A stretch of 64,000 nucleotides of DNA from an uncultured Chloroflexia bacterium (GTDB lineage Bacteria; Chloroflexota; Anaerolineae; Anaerolineales; RBG-16-64-43), in assembly GCA_963780865.1 (NCBI GenBank), contig CAWADT010000013.1, positions 157,189 to 221,188 on the forward strand, written 5' to 3'. The translations under genes and the position numbers were made by a program. Position 1 is the stretch's first letter. Each line of letters begins with the position of its first letter. Under the pieces are notes generated by a model that was not told the origin of the DNA, searched no databases, and worked only from the letters and a program-made list of their open reading frames with translations. This document shows positions 1 to 11,213 of the stretch, one piece after another.

Positions 1-480
1 GATCCCAGCCTGACGTATGCCGAATCCCTCTCGGTCGTCCAGTTTCTGGTGAAGGAATACGGTCACGAAAAGATCCAAAGCATCTTGCAGGCGCTGGGAG
101 AAGGCCACACCTACGACAACGCGTTGCAGTTGGCGCTAGGGTTGGACATGGACGGATTGGAAAGCGCCTGGCGAAGAAGCATCGGTGCGGATCCCTTGCC
201 GATAAAAACCGTAAGCGCCAGTGCGACGCCGTTGACGCAAGGAACACTGCCGCCTTTCTCGTCCACGCCGGTGTATTCAACCCTCACGCCGACGGAGAGT
301 GTTGTTCCTACCCCCACGCCGGCGCCGGGCATAGCGGGCGGCGCCTTTATCAGTCTGCTGGATTTTCCAGGCAACCTTATCGCTATAGGTTGCATCCTGA
401 CGTTATGCCTTCTCCTCTTATTCCTCATGGCGGGTCTTTTTCTTCTGCAGGTGAGGAAATCCGGCCGGGGAAAGGAGTAG
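1..480 (+). CDS. 3' part of a gene truncated by the window edge. Exported/membrane-anchored protein with a helical domain (possibly MA-clan peptidase-like), a Pro/Thr-rich linker and a C-terminal TM anchor
   Basis: Frame 1 is open from base 1 (DPSLTYAESLSVVQFLVKEYGHEK...), and the listed ORF 49..480 is its tail. A PT-rich stretch (TPVYSTLTPTESVVPTPTPAP) is followed by hydrophobic LIAIGCILTLCLLLLFLMAGLFLL. Stop is TAG at 478-480. The family guess is from memory only. Confidence 0.45.
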   Translation, partial: DPSLTYAESLSVVQFLVKEYGHEKIQSILQALGEGHTYDNALQLALGLDMDGLESAWRRSIGADPLPIKTVSASATPLTQGTLPPFSSTPVYSTLTPTESVVPTPTPAPGIAGGAFISLLDFPGNLIAIGCILTLCLLLLFLMAGLFLLQVRKSGRGKE

Positions 481-487
481 AAGCCGG

Positions 488-2662
488 ATGCCGGAAAACT
501 ATTTGCGAATCTTGAAAAAAGCGTTCGCGCCGGGATGGGCTGTGGTTCTGTTGTCCGGATGCCGTCTGGCATTTTCCCCGGCCACGCCGACGCTCCCGGC
601 GACCCCGTCTCCCTCGCCGACGTTTACGCCCACGCCGATTTCCGCCAAAGCGTTTATGCAATCCGTTGCGGCGGATGCGGAGAATTATCCCCTGCGTTAT
701 TACTCGCCCGAAGGAGCGATTACCTTGGAGATTCCTTCCGGCTGGGTTTTCAACCAAAAGAAGGATTCCGGAGAGGAAGTCGATACCATTTCGGAAACCT
801 ATGGCGGGGATGTGGTTGCCGCTATTTATCGTTCGGCAGCCTCGTCCAAGGCAATCACCGCCCAACAGGCTTCGGATTCTTTTCTGAAATCGGATTGGAT
901 TACCGCGCGGCAACCGGAAATCGGCAGTCCAATGGAATTTGGATTCAATTCGGGCGATCCGGGGTTGAGACTCGACGGTACGCTGGTGCCGGATTCGGCA
1001 AACGGTATCCGGATGGATTGCACCTTCGTCGTCTCCGTCCGGCAAAATCATGCCTATCTATTGGTCGCCTATCCGAGCCGGGCCAAAAATCCCGTCTCCT
1101 TCCGCGCCGACTTCGAGAAATTCGCGCGATCCCTGAGCTGGGAAGAAACCAGCACAGCGGTTTTCGATAAAACCAATGCCCTGCAATTATCGAGCGGGGA
1201 ACCCGACACCCTGGATCCCGCGCGGACGGCGGCGGATATGGACGGGGTTATCGGGGACTTGTACAGCGGACTGATCGCGATGGATGCGTCCCTCCGGGTT
1301 CAGCCGGCTCTGGCAGAGCGGTGGGACGTCACGCCGGATGGAAAGACCTACACTTTTCACCTGGCCCGCGGTGCAAAATTCCAGAACGGCCGCCCGGTGG
1401 ATGCGAGCGATGTGATTTTTAGTTGGTTGCGCGCCGCCGGCCCGGACTTGAAATCCAACACGGCATTGCTCTATCTGGGGGATATCGCCGGGATGAAGGA
1501 GTACCATGAAGGCAAGGCCGACGGGATTGCGGGAATCCGATGGCTTGATCCCGAAACCATCCAGGTGACGCTGGTTGCGCCCTCAACGTCCTTCCTGGAA
1601 AAGCTGGCCTCCCCCGCCGCAGCGATTGTGGATCGGTACGACGTCAGGCTTCCGCACTGGGAATTGCATCCCAACGGAACCGGCCCGTTCCAGATGGTGC
1701 AGCGGGTACCGGAGCGGAGCATTCTCCTGGAACCGAATTCCAATTATTACAATTCGATTCCCAAACTGCAGTATTTGATGTATTGGATTTCCTCCAACCC
1801 CCAGGAGACATTGTATAAAAACAACAGGCTTGACCGAATGCAAACGGCGGAAGCGCTGCTTCCCCAGATCCTGGATCCGCACGATCCGTTATTCGGCAAC
1901 GTGTATAAGCAACAACGGTTGTGCACCAATTTCATCGTTCTGAATAATTCCATTCCGCCGTTCGATGATCCGCTGGTCCGCAAAGCCTTCGAGCTTGCGA
2001 TCAATCGGCCGATTTACACGGAAGTGACCGCCGCCCTGGGAGATTTGCCGGGATACGGAATTCTGCCTCCCGGGATGCCGGGATATTCCTCCGAATGGAA
2101 GCCCGATATGTTTGACCCCGGGGCAGCCAAACAGCTGCTTCACCAATCCCGCTATTTTCAGGCGTCGGGGCAGTCCACCGATATTCAACTGATTTTGCCG
2201 GCCGACGGGGTGGAATACTCTCCGATGATGGAATACCTGATCAACTCGTGGAAGAACAACCTGGGGATTAAAATCAGCGTCGAAGGGTTGAGCACGGAAT
2301 CCTATCAGGAACGATTGCAATCCGGAGACTACGGTCCTGCGGCGTTGGAAAACCTTTGCGCCAGTTTTCCAGACCCGGAAAATTTCTACGATTTCCTCGT
2401 ACGCGGTGATTCTGCGCGAAATCATTCCCATTACCAGAAGGAACAGATGGATTCTCTCTTGCAGACAGCCCGGACCGAGGCGGATTGGGCTCAGAGAATC
2501 GCCGATTATCGAAAAGCCGACCAGATGATTTATGACGATGCTCCGGTTATCGTTCTTTCCTATTCCGGGCCGGAATACGTTATCTGGAAGCCGTATGTAA
2601 CCGGGTTTGTTCCGACATTAATCGGCGTTCCCCAGCACCAGTTTTTATGGATCAATCGCTAA
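488..2662 (+). CDS. ABC transporter substrate-binding lipoprotein, family 5 (peptide/nickel type), with an N-terminal extra region of about 230 aa
   Basis: 724-aa ORF with lipobox-like AVVLLSGC and a PT-rich linker. From about aa 235 it shows a typical SBP family-5 core (LSSGEPDTLDPARTA, LYSGLIAMD, ERWDVTPDGKTYTFHLARGAKFQNGRPVDASDVIFSW). Confidence 0.85.
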   Translation: MPENYLRILKKAFAPGWAVVLLSGCRLAFSPATPTLPATPSPSPTFTPTPISAKAFMQSVAADAENYPLRYYSPEGAITLEIPSGWVFNQKKDSGEEVDTISETYGGDVVAAIYRSAASSKAITAQQASDSFLKSDWITARQPEIGSPMEFGFNSGDPGLRLDGTLVPDSANGIRMDCTFVVSVRQNHAYLLVAYPSRAKNPVSFRADFEKFARSLSWEETSTAVFDKTNALQLSSGEPDTLDPARTAADMDGVIGDLYSGLIAMDASLRVQPALAERWDVTPDGKTYTFHLARGAKFQNGRPVDASDVIFSWLRAAGPDLKSNTALLYLGDIAGMKEYHEGKADGIAGIRWLDPETIQVTLVAPSTSFLEKLASPAAAIVDRYDVRLPHWELHPNGTGPFQMVQRVPERSILLEPNSNYYNSIPKLQYLMYWISSNPQETLYKNNRLDRMQTAEALLPQILDPHDPLFGNVYKQQRLCTNFIVLNNSIPPFDDPLVRKAFELAINRPIYTEVTAALGDLPGYGILPPGMPGYSSEWKPDMFDPGAAKQLLHQSRYFQASGQSTDIQLILPADGVEYSPMMEYLINSWKNNLGIKISVEGLSTESYQERLQSGDYGPAALENLCASFPDPENFYDFLVRGDSARNHSHYQKEQMDSLLQTARTEADWAQRIADYRKADQMIYDDAPVIVLSYSGPEYVIWKPYVTGFVPTLIGVPQHQFLWINR

Positions 2663-2787
2663 ATCCTTTCGCCTCTTCTTTTAAATAGGCAGGATTTAAT
2701 GCCCCCTCACAATTTATTAATTTGATCTGACACGGAGGTCATGTTAGAATCTCATTAAGATGATTGGTGTTTGCGGAGATTATTTTT

Positions 2788-4317
2788 ATGAATAGGAGTG
2801 GAATGGTAGAATATTTTGGGCTGGCCTTTTTCTTCGTATCCATCTGGCTGACAATTTACGGGGCAAACGCTTTGATTTTAGCGGTAATGTACTTTATTAA
2901 AAAAATTACGAAAAAAGATAAAAAAGCACTTATTTCTACTTTAAATTTTAAATGGCCCGAAGTGACCATTCAACTCCCCATCTACAATGAACCCATTGTC
3001 GTGCGGCGATTGATCAATTCCGCGGCAAGATTGAGTTATCCATTGGATAAATTAATCATCCAAGTCCTGGATGATTCGACGGATGGGACGACTTCGCAAG
3101 CCGAAGAACAGGTGGACTATTGGAAATCCCGCGGGAGGAGAATTTTCCTTATTCATCGTTCAGTGCGGTCGGAATACAAGGCGGGGGCACTGAGGAACGG
3201 TTTGGAGCAAACCTCCAGCGAATTTATTGCCATCTTCGACGCGGATTTCATTCCCCACAGCAACTGGCTGAAAAAAGCCCTGGAGCCTTTCTTCGCGCCG
3301 GATGGTCGATCGGTAGGCATGGTCCAAACTCGATGGGTGCATATTAACGAAACCCAATCGGCGTTGGCACGAGCTCAGGCGTTGCTGCTGGACGGACATT
3401 TTGGAATCGAACAAAGGGTTCGATCCGACGAAGGGCTGTTTTTTGGCTTCAACGGAACCGCGGGAATTTGGCGGCGGCAATGCATCCTTGACGCCGGCGG
3501 TTGGTGCGGAGACACGCTGTCCGAAGACCTCGATCTGTCCTATCGGGCCCAAACGAAAGGGTGGAACTTCCGATATCTCCCGGATGTCATTGCTCCGGCC
3601 GAGCTTCCGACCACGATGTCGGCCTTTAAAATCCAGCAATTCCGATGGGCGAAAGGAAGCATTCAAGCGGTTAGAAAAACCGTTCCACTCCTTCTAAAAG
3701 CTCCGGTCAGCCTGGGGAAAAAATTGGAAGGGCTGGTGCACATTACCGGCTACTGCGTGCATCCGCTGATGGTGTGCATGGTGCTGCTTTCACTCCCCCT
3801 CTCGCTGATTGGCAGGAACGCGCTGAAGGATCTGCCGATGGCGTGGTTGGGGATCGGTACCTTGGGCGCTCCGGTGCTTTTTGCCGCCGCGGAGAGCAGC
3901 CTGTATCCGGGTCATAGCTGGTGGAAGCGGTTTATCTGGCTGCCGTTGCTCATCATTTTAGAGACGGGAGTGGCCGTCTCCAATACTAAAGCCGTGATAT
4001 CAGGTTTGCTGAATATCCACAGCCCGTTTCAACGGACCCCGAAAACGGGCGTGGGCAACGCGTCCGGGCGGGCGGGTCGTATCTTGCGGGAACCGGTCGC
4101 CGTCGATTCCGTCACCTGGATGGAAGTCGCGCTTGCTGTGTATGCCTTTATCGTGGTCCTGATCGATATTCACTATACCAATTGGTTCAATGCGGCTTTC
4201 CTTTCGATTTATTGCGCAGGTTTTACGTGGGTTGCGTTGGCCACTTTTTGGGAAGTTCTCTCGCCTTGGCTGATAAAGCCCCGCTCTGCGGAGCGATGGG
4301 ACACTCAGATGGATTAG
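2788..4317 (+). CDS. Processive family-2 glycosyltransferase (cellulose synthase/CslA-like), polytopic membrane protein
   Basis: D,D,D,QxxRW pattern: LPIYNEP, VLDDSTD, FDADF, SEDLDLS, QQFRWAKG. TM segments lie at both ends. The start is ambiguous (GTG 2764, ATG 2788 or ATG 2803). A candidate promoter TTGATC-17-TAGAAT lies just upstream. Confidence 0.85.
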   Translation: MNRSGMVEYFGLAFFFVSIWLTIYGANALILAVMYFIKKITKKDKKALISTLNFKWPEVTIQLPIYNEPIVVRRLINSAARLSYPLDKLIIQVLDDSTDGTTSQAEEQVDYWKSRGRRIFLIHRSVRSEYKAGALRNGLEQTSSEFIAIFDADFIPHSNWLKKALEPFFAPDGRSVGMVQTRWVHINETQSALARAQALLLDGHFGIEQRVRSDEGLFFGFNGTAGIWRRQCILDAGGWCGDTLSEDLDLSYRAQTKGWNFRYLPDVIAPAELPTTMSAFKIQQFRWAKGSIQAVRKTVPLLLKAPVSLGKKLEGLVHITGYCVHPLMVCMVLLSLPLSLIGRNALKDLPMAWLGIGTLGAPVLFAAAESSLYPGHSWWKRFIWLPLLIILETGVAVSNTKAVISGLLNIHSPFQRTPKTGVGNASGRAGRILREPVAVDSVTWMEVALAVYAFIVVLIDIHYTNWFNAAFLSIYCAGFTWVALATFWEVLSPWLIKPRSAERWDTQMD

Positions 4318-4575
4318 CGTTTTTTCCTCCCCGATCCAAGAGCGCGCCAGCCGGCTGCGATCTGCTGGAACGGTTAATTTCTCCAAAATCATCAGCATCG
4401 AAAAAAGTATTCCTCTCTGCCGTGTGTATCGCGGCATGTTGGGATGGAAAACCAAAACCCTCCGATGGTTTTTGGGATGATACAATCCGGAAGCTTCCGG
4501 ATCAAGGAAGGTTCGGGCAGCGCGGCGAAGCCTGGTTTGCCTGCGCCGGTTTTGAGGAAACGATCAATTTTCCAA

Positions 4576-5373
4576 ATGAGACTACGATCGGGAGTGGTGT
4601 TTTTCTGCCTGCTTTTGGGAGGCGGCTTTTCCGGATGCCGGGCCGCCGTGCGATCGCCGGAAGTGCCCGCCATTTTCCTTGGCGTCAGCCCGTCGATGGA
4701 ACCATTGGCCCAAGGATTGGTCGATGCGTACCACGCCGCCTATCCGCAGGAAACCTCTTTTCAGGTTACCGTCGCCACTTCGGAAGAAAACCGCAGCGCC
4801 CTGGATCAGAATAAGGTGGCGGCCGTAATGCAATGGGATCCGCCGGATCCGCAAGATTGGACGGCAGCGATCGGCTGGACGGGAATCGTCATCGCCGTGA
4901 ATTTGCAAAACAGCGTTACCAACCTTTCCTCCGACCAAGCAAGAAATATCTTTCTGGGTCTGACGGATCGTTGGGAGGACGTGGGGGGAGATCCCGCCGA
5001 GATCCATCGCCTGGCGTATGAGGCGGAGCAGGAGTTCGGGAATCTGTTTCAAGACGCTGTTCTCCATCAGAGGGAAACAGCCGGTAATGCGTTGGTCGTG
5101 CCGACAGCGTACGCCATGATTCGGGAGCTCCAGAAGGATAGATTCTCCATCGGGTACCTGCCCGGGTTCGACCTCTCCCGCGATGTCCGTCCGGTAAGCA
5201 TCGATCACGTGACCGCGGAGTATGCCAATCTGATCTCTTCCAAATATCCCTTTCGGGCTCCAGTGTTTCTGATTGCAGGGAACCCCGTTCCGCCGGAAGT
5301 CTCGCGGTTTGCCGGTTGGGCGCAATCCGTGGGCGGCCAGTCAGAATTTCTCGCTATGCAAACCTGGGAGTAA
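4576..5373 (+). CDS. PstS-like (PBP type 2) periplasmic substrate-binding lipoprotein
   Basis: Internal start MRLRSGVVFFCLLLGGGFSGC (signal plus lipobox) within ORF 4444..5373. The motif NIFLGLTDRWEDVGG is typical of phosphate-binding-protein-like domains. No pstCAB genes are adjacent. Confidence 0.6.
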   Translation: MRLRSGVVFFCLLLGGGFSGCRAAVRSPEVPAIFLGVSPSMEPLAQGLVDAYHAAYPQETSFQVTVATSEENRSALDQNKVAAVMQWDPPDPQDWTAAIGWTGIVIAVNLQNSVTNLSSDQARNIFLGLTDRWEDVGGDPAEIHRLAYEAEQEFGNLFQDAVLHQRETAGNALVVPTAYAMIRELQKDRFSIGYLPGFDLSRDVRPVSIDHVTAEYANLISSKYPFRAPVFLIAGNPVPPEVSRFAGWAQSVGGQSEFLAMQTWE

Positions 5374-5379
5374 ACCGGC

Positions 5380-6366
5380 ATGGAGAATCGAACTCATAAA
5401 GAAAGAATTCAGGCGGTGCTGGCTGGAAAAAGTCCCGATCGAATTCCGGTGGGGCTCTGGCGCCACTTTCCCGTGGACGATCAAGACCCGGAGATGCTGG
5501 CGGAATCCTCATTGGATTTTCAGAAGAGATATGATCTGGATTTGATCAAGCTCACGCCGGCCTCTTCCTACTGCCTGAAGGACTGGGGCGCGCAGGATCG
5601 ATGGGAAGGCAATACCGAAGGCACCAGGAAATACATTGAGTATGTGGTTCAGCAGCCGCAGGATTGGGAACGCTTGAAGGCATTGGATCCCCGCGGCGGC
5701 TTTTTAGGCGCGCAGTTGCAATGCCTAAAGCTCGTGGTCGAGCGAGCGGGAGACACCACGCCCGTGGTGCAGACGATATTCAACCCGCTGGCGCAGGCCA
5801 AGAACCTGTGCGGCGACCGCACCCTCCGCCGGCATTTGCAAAGCCATCCGGACGCCGTGCGCGCGGGGTTGGATATCATTCTTCACTCTACACTGCGCTT
5901 CATCGAGGCTTGTCTTGAGCTTGGCATAGACGGGATTTTTCTGGCGGTGCAGCACGCAACCCCGTCCTTCTTCCGCGAGGAGGAATACCGGACGTGGGGC
6001 ATGCCGGACGACCTCAAACTGCTGGCCGCGGCCGGAAACTCCTGGCTCAACATCCTGCACTTGCACGGCGAGAAGATTCATTTCTCCTTGCTGAGCGGAT
6101 ACCCTGCGCAGGTGATCAATTGGCACGACCGAGAAGCCGGGCCTTCGTTGAAAGAGGGATATGCCCTATCCGGGAAAACGGTGTGCGGGGGATGGAGACA
6201 GTGGGAGACGATTGCCTTGGGCGATGGGAACAAGGTGGAAGCGGAAGCCCGGGATGCGATCGCCCAAATGCGGGGGAAAAATTTAATCCTCGGAACGGGA
6301 TGCGTCACCCCGATTATTGCCCCCGACGCGTGTTTGCGCGCGGCGGCGCGTCGCCGAACGGGATGA
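5380..6366 (+). CDS. Uroporphyrinogen decarboxylase (URO-D) family protein (MtaA/CmuA-like)
   Basis: 328 aa. The N-terminus KERIQAVLAGKSPDRIPVGLWRHFP and the overall length and pattern fit URO-D-like proteins (COG0407). Confidence 0.75.
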   Translation: MENRTHKERIQAVLAGKSPDRIPVGLWRHFPVDDQDPEMLAESSLDFQKRYDLDLIKLTPASSYCLKDWGAQDRWEGNTEGTRKYIEYVVQQPQDWERLKALDPRGGFLGAQLQCLKLVVERAGDTTPVVQTIFNPLAQAKNLCGDRTLRRHLQSHPDAVRAGLDIILHSTLRFIEACLELGIDGIFLAVQHATPSFFREEEYRTWGMPDDLKLLAAAGNSWLNILHLHGEKIHFSLLSGYPAQVINWHDREAGPSLKEGYALSGKTVCGGWRQWETIALGDGNKVEAEARDAIAQMRGKNLILGTGCVTPIIAPDACLRAAARRRTG

Positions 6367-6409
6367 TTTCACCTGGTAGCGTCCCGTCCCTGAAAGAAAA
6401 GAGGCGTTC

Positions 6410-7294
6410 ATGACGGCGGAAATTATCGACGGAAAATCCATTGCCGAGAAAATTAGGGGCGAGGTTGCCGCGCAGGTCAGCCGGCGCTCGCAGGAAGGCG
6501 AACCGCCTCCCGGACTCGCAACCGTTCTCGTGGGCGACAACCCGGCCTCGCTCTCTTATGTACGGGGCAAACAAAAAGCGTGCCGTGAGGTTGGAATCGA
6601 CTCGCAGGGATTCCACTTGGCAGAGGACACGCGCCAGGAGGTCCTGGAGAAATTGCTGGTCGATTTGAACACCGACCCGAAAATCAATGGAATTCTGGTC
6701 CAGCTGCCGCTTCCGTCGGGATTGGACGAGGAAAAGGCGTTGAGCTCGATCTCGATCGAAAAGGATATCGACGGATTTCATCCGGTCAATGTCGGCAGGC
6801 TGGCCATGAAACGCCGCGACCCTCTGTTCATCCCATGCACGCCGGCAGGCATTCTGGTGCTCCTGCAAAAGGCCGGAGCGAAATTTTCCGGCGCGCGGGC
6901 CGTGGTGCTCGGGCGTTCCAATATTGTCGGCATGCCGACCGCGCTGTTGCTCGTGCGGGAAAACGCAACCGTCACGATTTGCCACTCCCGGACCGAAAAC
7001 CTCCCGGACATCATCCGCCAGGCGGATCTGCTGGTCGCCGCCATCGGCAAACCGAAATTCGTCCGGGGAGATTGGATCAAGCCGGGCGCAATCGTAATCG
7101 ACGTCGGGATCAACCGGGTGGAGGATGCCGGCGCGAAGAACGGCTACCGGTTGGTGGGGGATGTGGATTTCGAGGAAGCGCGGCAAGTGGCCGGGGCGAT
7201 CACTCCGGTTCCCGGAGGAGTCGGCCCGATGACGATCGCCATGCTTTTGAAGAACACGCTGAAAGCCGCGGAGATGGCCTCGAGAAATAGATAA
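6410..7294 (+). CDS. folD: Bifunctional methylenetetrahydrofolate dehydrogenase/methenyl-THF cyclohydrolase
   Basis: 294 aa with MTAEIIDGKSIAEKIRGEV, SLSYVRGKQKAC, INGILVQLPLP, DGFHPVNVG, GRSNIVGMP and TPVPGGVGPMT, the classic FolD motif set. Confidence 0.95.
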   Translation: MTAEIIDGKSIAEKIRGEVAAQVSRRSQEGEPPPGLATVLVGDNPASLSYVRGKQKACREVGIDSQGFHLAEDTRQEVLEKLLVDLNTDPKINGILVQLPLPSGLDEEKALSSISIEKDIDGFHPVNVGRLAMKRRDPLFIPCTPAGILVLLQKAGAKFSGARAVVLGRSNIVGMPTALLLVRENATVTICHSRTENLPDIIRQADLLVAAIGKPKFVRGDWIKPGAIVIDVGINRVEDAGAKNGYRLVGDVDFEEARQVAGAITPVPGGVGPMTIAMLLKNTLKAAEMASRNR

Positions 7295-7453
7295 GGCCAT
7301 CCGCGCAGGAAAGTTTTATCCCGCTTTCGCGGGATGATGAATTCCCCGCACCTTGTCCCGCATTCCTCTTTATTAATCGAAGAATGCGGGGCTTGCTGCG
7401 CAGTTCGTGGGGGGTCGCATAGCTTGATACCGCGCAGCTTGCCGCACGTTCAT

Positions 7454-8556
<1,103 letters not shown>

Positions 8557-8560
<4 letters not shown>

Positions 8561-9819
8561 GCGGCCTCGTGGGAAGAAGCGGCTGGAGCCCGGCCGAAAA
8601 TCAGGGAAGCGTTGTGGCCGCCAAATCCGAACGAATTGGACATCGCCACCCGTAAATCTTTTTTCCGCGAGTGATTCGGCGTGTAATCCAGATCGCATTC
8701 CGGATCGGGCGTTTCGTAATTAATCGTCGGTGGAATGACGCCATCCCGGAGGGCCAGCACCGAAAATACCGCCTCCAACCCGCCGGCGGCGCCCAGGAGG
8801 TGCCCGGTCATGGATTTGGTCGAGGAGACGGCGAGGGAATAGGCGTGATTGGCAAAGACGTTTTTAATCGCCCGGGTTTCACTTTTATCGTTTAATTGCG
8901 TTCCGGTTCCGTGCGCGTTGATGTAATCCACGAAGGAGGGCGGTTGACCTGATTGGGCGAGCGCGGCCCGCATGCAGGCCGACGCGCCGGACCCGTCCTC
9001 CAAAGGCGCGGAAATGTGGTGCGCATCGTCGGTCGTGCCGTAGCCAAGAATTTCCGCAAGGATCGGCGCATGGCGGGCGTGCGCATGTTCCATTTCCTCC
9101 AGAACCAGGATTCCGGCTCCTTCTCCCGCGACGAATCCGTCACGGTGTTTGTCAAATGGTCTTGAGGCCCGCGCCGGATCGTCGTTATTTTTGGACAGCG
9201 CGCCCATCACGCCGAACCCGGCCAGAATGATCGGATGAATGGTGGCTTCCGCTCCGCCGGCGATCATCAGGTCGGCTGATCCGCGGCGGATGATCTCGGA
9301 GGCTTCCCCGATGGCGTTGGTTCCCGTCGCGCAAGCCGAGACGATCGAATGGTTGGGGCCCCTGGCTCCGAACAGAATGGCGATCTGGCCTCCGGCGCTG
9401 TCCGAAAGCATCATGGGGATGAGAAATGGACTGACGCGCTGCGGGCCGCTGCGTTGAAAGACGCCCACCTCGTTCAAAAGTGTGCCGATCCCGCCCAAAC
9501 CGCTGCCGACCATCACACCAATTCGATCCGGGAATGGAATAGGCAGGGCGAGGCCGGCCCGCCGAACGGCTTCATACGCCGCCATAACGGCGAATTGCGT
9601 GTACCGGTCCATCCGCCGGAGTTCCTTGCGACCGATTATCGTGGAAGGATCAAATGCCTTTACCTCGGCCGCAATCCGGGTTTCCAACGAGGAAGCATCG
9701 AACGCAGTAATCCGGCCGATGCCGGATCGTCCAGCGCAAATATTTTCCCATGCCGTGTCGATATCATTGCCAACCGGGCTTACGCACCCGATGCCGGTCA
9801 CCGCTATTCGTCTGGTCAC
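8557..9819 (-). CDS. fabF: 3-oxoacyl-ACP synthase II
   Basis: 420 aa with RIAVTGIGCVSPVGN, SACATGTNAIG, NAHGTGT and SFGFGGHNASLIF. Confidence 0.95.
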
Positions 9820-9964
9820 AAATCCTCCGTAGCGGACGATTCTACTGCTTTTAGCGAATCGGTGGAAGATCGATCGAAAGGAAGAAACTTATGGAATTTG
9901 CGGTCGAAAAATGGATCGTTTATACTTGGTATTATCGGAAATCCGACCGGAGGGATGGACTCGC

Positions 9965-10924
9965 ATGAAACCCGTATATTCCATTGTCGTGCCGGTTTTT
10001 AATGAAGCCGAAAATCTCTACGAGCTGCACCGACGGCTTTCCGCGGTGATGAACGAGCTTGGCGAAGCGTGGGAAGTGATTTTCGTAAATGATGGCAGCA
10101 CAGACGGATCCTCCGATTTCCTTGATGCATTGAGAAAAAAGGATCGCCACGTCCGCGTGGTGGAATTTGTCCGGAACTTCGGGCATCAGATTGCGGCCAC
10201 CGCGGGGATGGACACCGCGGAAGGCCAGGCGGTTGTCATTATCGATGCCGATCTCCAGGATCCCCCGGAAGTGATCCCGGAACTCATCGCTCAATGGAAG
10301 CAGGGCTACGAAGTGGTTTATGCGGTGCGATCCGAACGGGAGGGGGAAACTTGGTGGAAGGAATTCACCGCTAAGCTTTTTTATCGGTTGATCTACCGGA
10401 TTACCGATGTGAAAATTCCGCTGGATACCGGCGATTTCCGCTTGCTCGACCAAAAAGTTGTAGCGGTCCTTCGGAATATGCGGGAGAGGCACCGCTTTCT
10501 GCGGGGGATGGCCGCCTGGGTCGGTTTCCGGCAAATCGGAGTGCCCTACCGGCGCCATGCCAGGTTCGCTGGGAAGACCAAATATCCGCTGGGAAAAATG
10601 ATCCGGCTTGCGCTGAATGCCGTCACCTCTTTTTCCTATTTCCCGCTGCAAATGGCGACGTATTTGGGATTCATTTGCGCAGGGATTGCCGCCGTGGCCA
10701 TCCCCGTCGTTATCGTCCTGCGCCTGACCGGATCCGGGGCTTTTTTCGGCCAGGCCACGACTTTAATCTCCGTCCTTTTCCTGGGTGGGGTGCAATTAAT
10801 TTGCGTTGGAATTCTCGGAGAATATATCGGCAGGATTTACGATGAGGTGAAAGGACGGCCGCTCTATATCCGGCGCGAGGAAAAGAATGCCTTGCCCTCG
10901 CCGCCTGCGCAAAGAAAACGATAA
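9965..10924 (+). CDS. Family-2 glycosyltransferase, polyprenol-phosphate glycosyltransferase type (GtrB/ArnC/DPM1-like)
   Basis: Internal start MKPVYSIVVPVFNEAENL. Motifs VNDGSTDGS, IDADLQDPPE and GDFRLLD are present, plus two C-terminal TM helices. Confidence 0.85.
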   Translation: MKPVYSIVVPVFNEAENLYELHRRLSAVMNELGEAWEVIFVNDGSTDGSSDFLDALRKKDRHVRVVEFVRNFGHQIAATAGMDTAEGQAVVIIDADLQDPPEVIPELIAQWKQGYEVVYAVRSEREGETWWKEFTAKLFYRLIYRITDVKIPLDTGDFRLLDQKVVAVLRNMRERHRFLRGMAAWVGFRQIGVPYRRHARFAGKTKYPLGKMIRLALNAVTSFSYFPLQMATYLGFICAGIAAVAIPVVIVLRLTGSGAFFGQATTLISVLFLGGVQLICVGILGEYIGRIYDEVKGRPLYIRREEKNALPSPPAQRKR

Positions 10925-11086
10925 TCGTATTCCGCCTTCGAATTCCATGCGGGAGCGCCGTTCACGATAGCGAGACGCCTGCCTTCCCGATTTGATTTCC
11001 TCCAAGATATTGATAAAATAATTATCGCATCTACTCGGCCCAACTCAAGCTGGAAGGAATTTCACGGGATTGATGCCCGGTTTTTC

Positions 11087-11153
11087 TCTCCCTCATCGAG
11101 CCTTCGGTCACCTTCTCCCAGCATAGGCTGGGAGAAGGGCGGGATGAGGGAGA
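11087..11153. repeat. Two-tier nested inverted repeat (11-bp outer stem enclosing a 12-bp inner stem with a 4-nt loop)
   Basis: Outer arms tctccctcatc (11087-11097) and gatgagggaga (11143-11153). Inner arms ccttctcccagc (11111-11122) and gctgggagaagg (11127-11138) with loop atag. All pairs were verified by hand. Confidence 0.7.
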
Positions 11154-11213
11154 AGGCTGAATAGTTACTACTTATCCATAAATCATTTTCTGGACGTTCA
11201 AAAAGGGGGAGCC

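Noticed and set aside
6367-6409. Possible ZTP/THF riboswitch upstream of folD
   Set aside because: Only 43 nt separate folD from the preceding gene, which is too short for either aptamer, and none of the conserved motifs is present.
6314-7300. 328-aa minus-strand ORF
   Set aside because: It is antisense to folD and has a His/Arg/Asp-rich artefactual composition.
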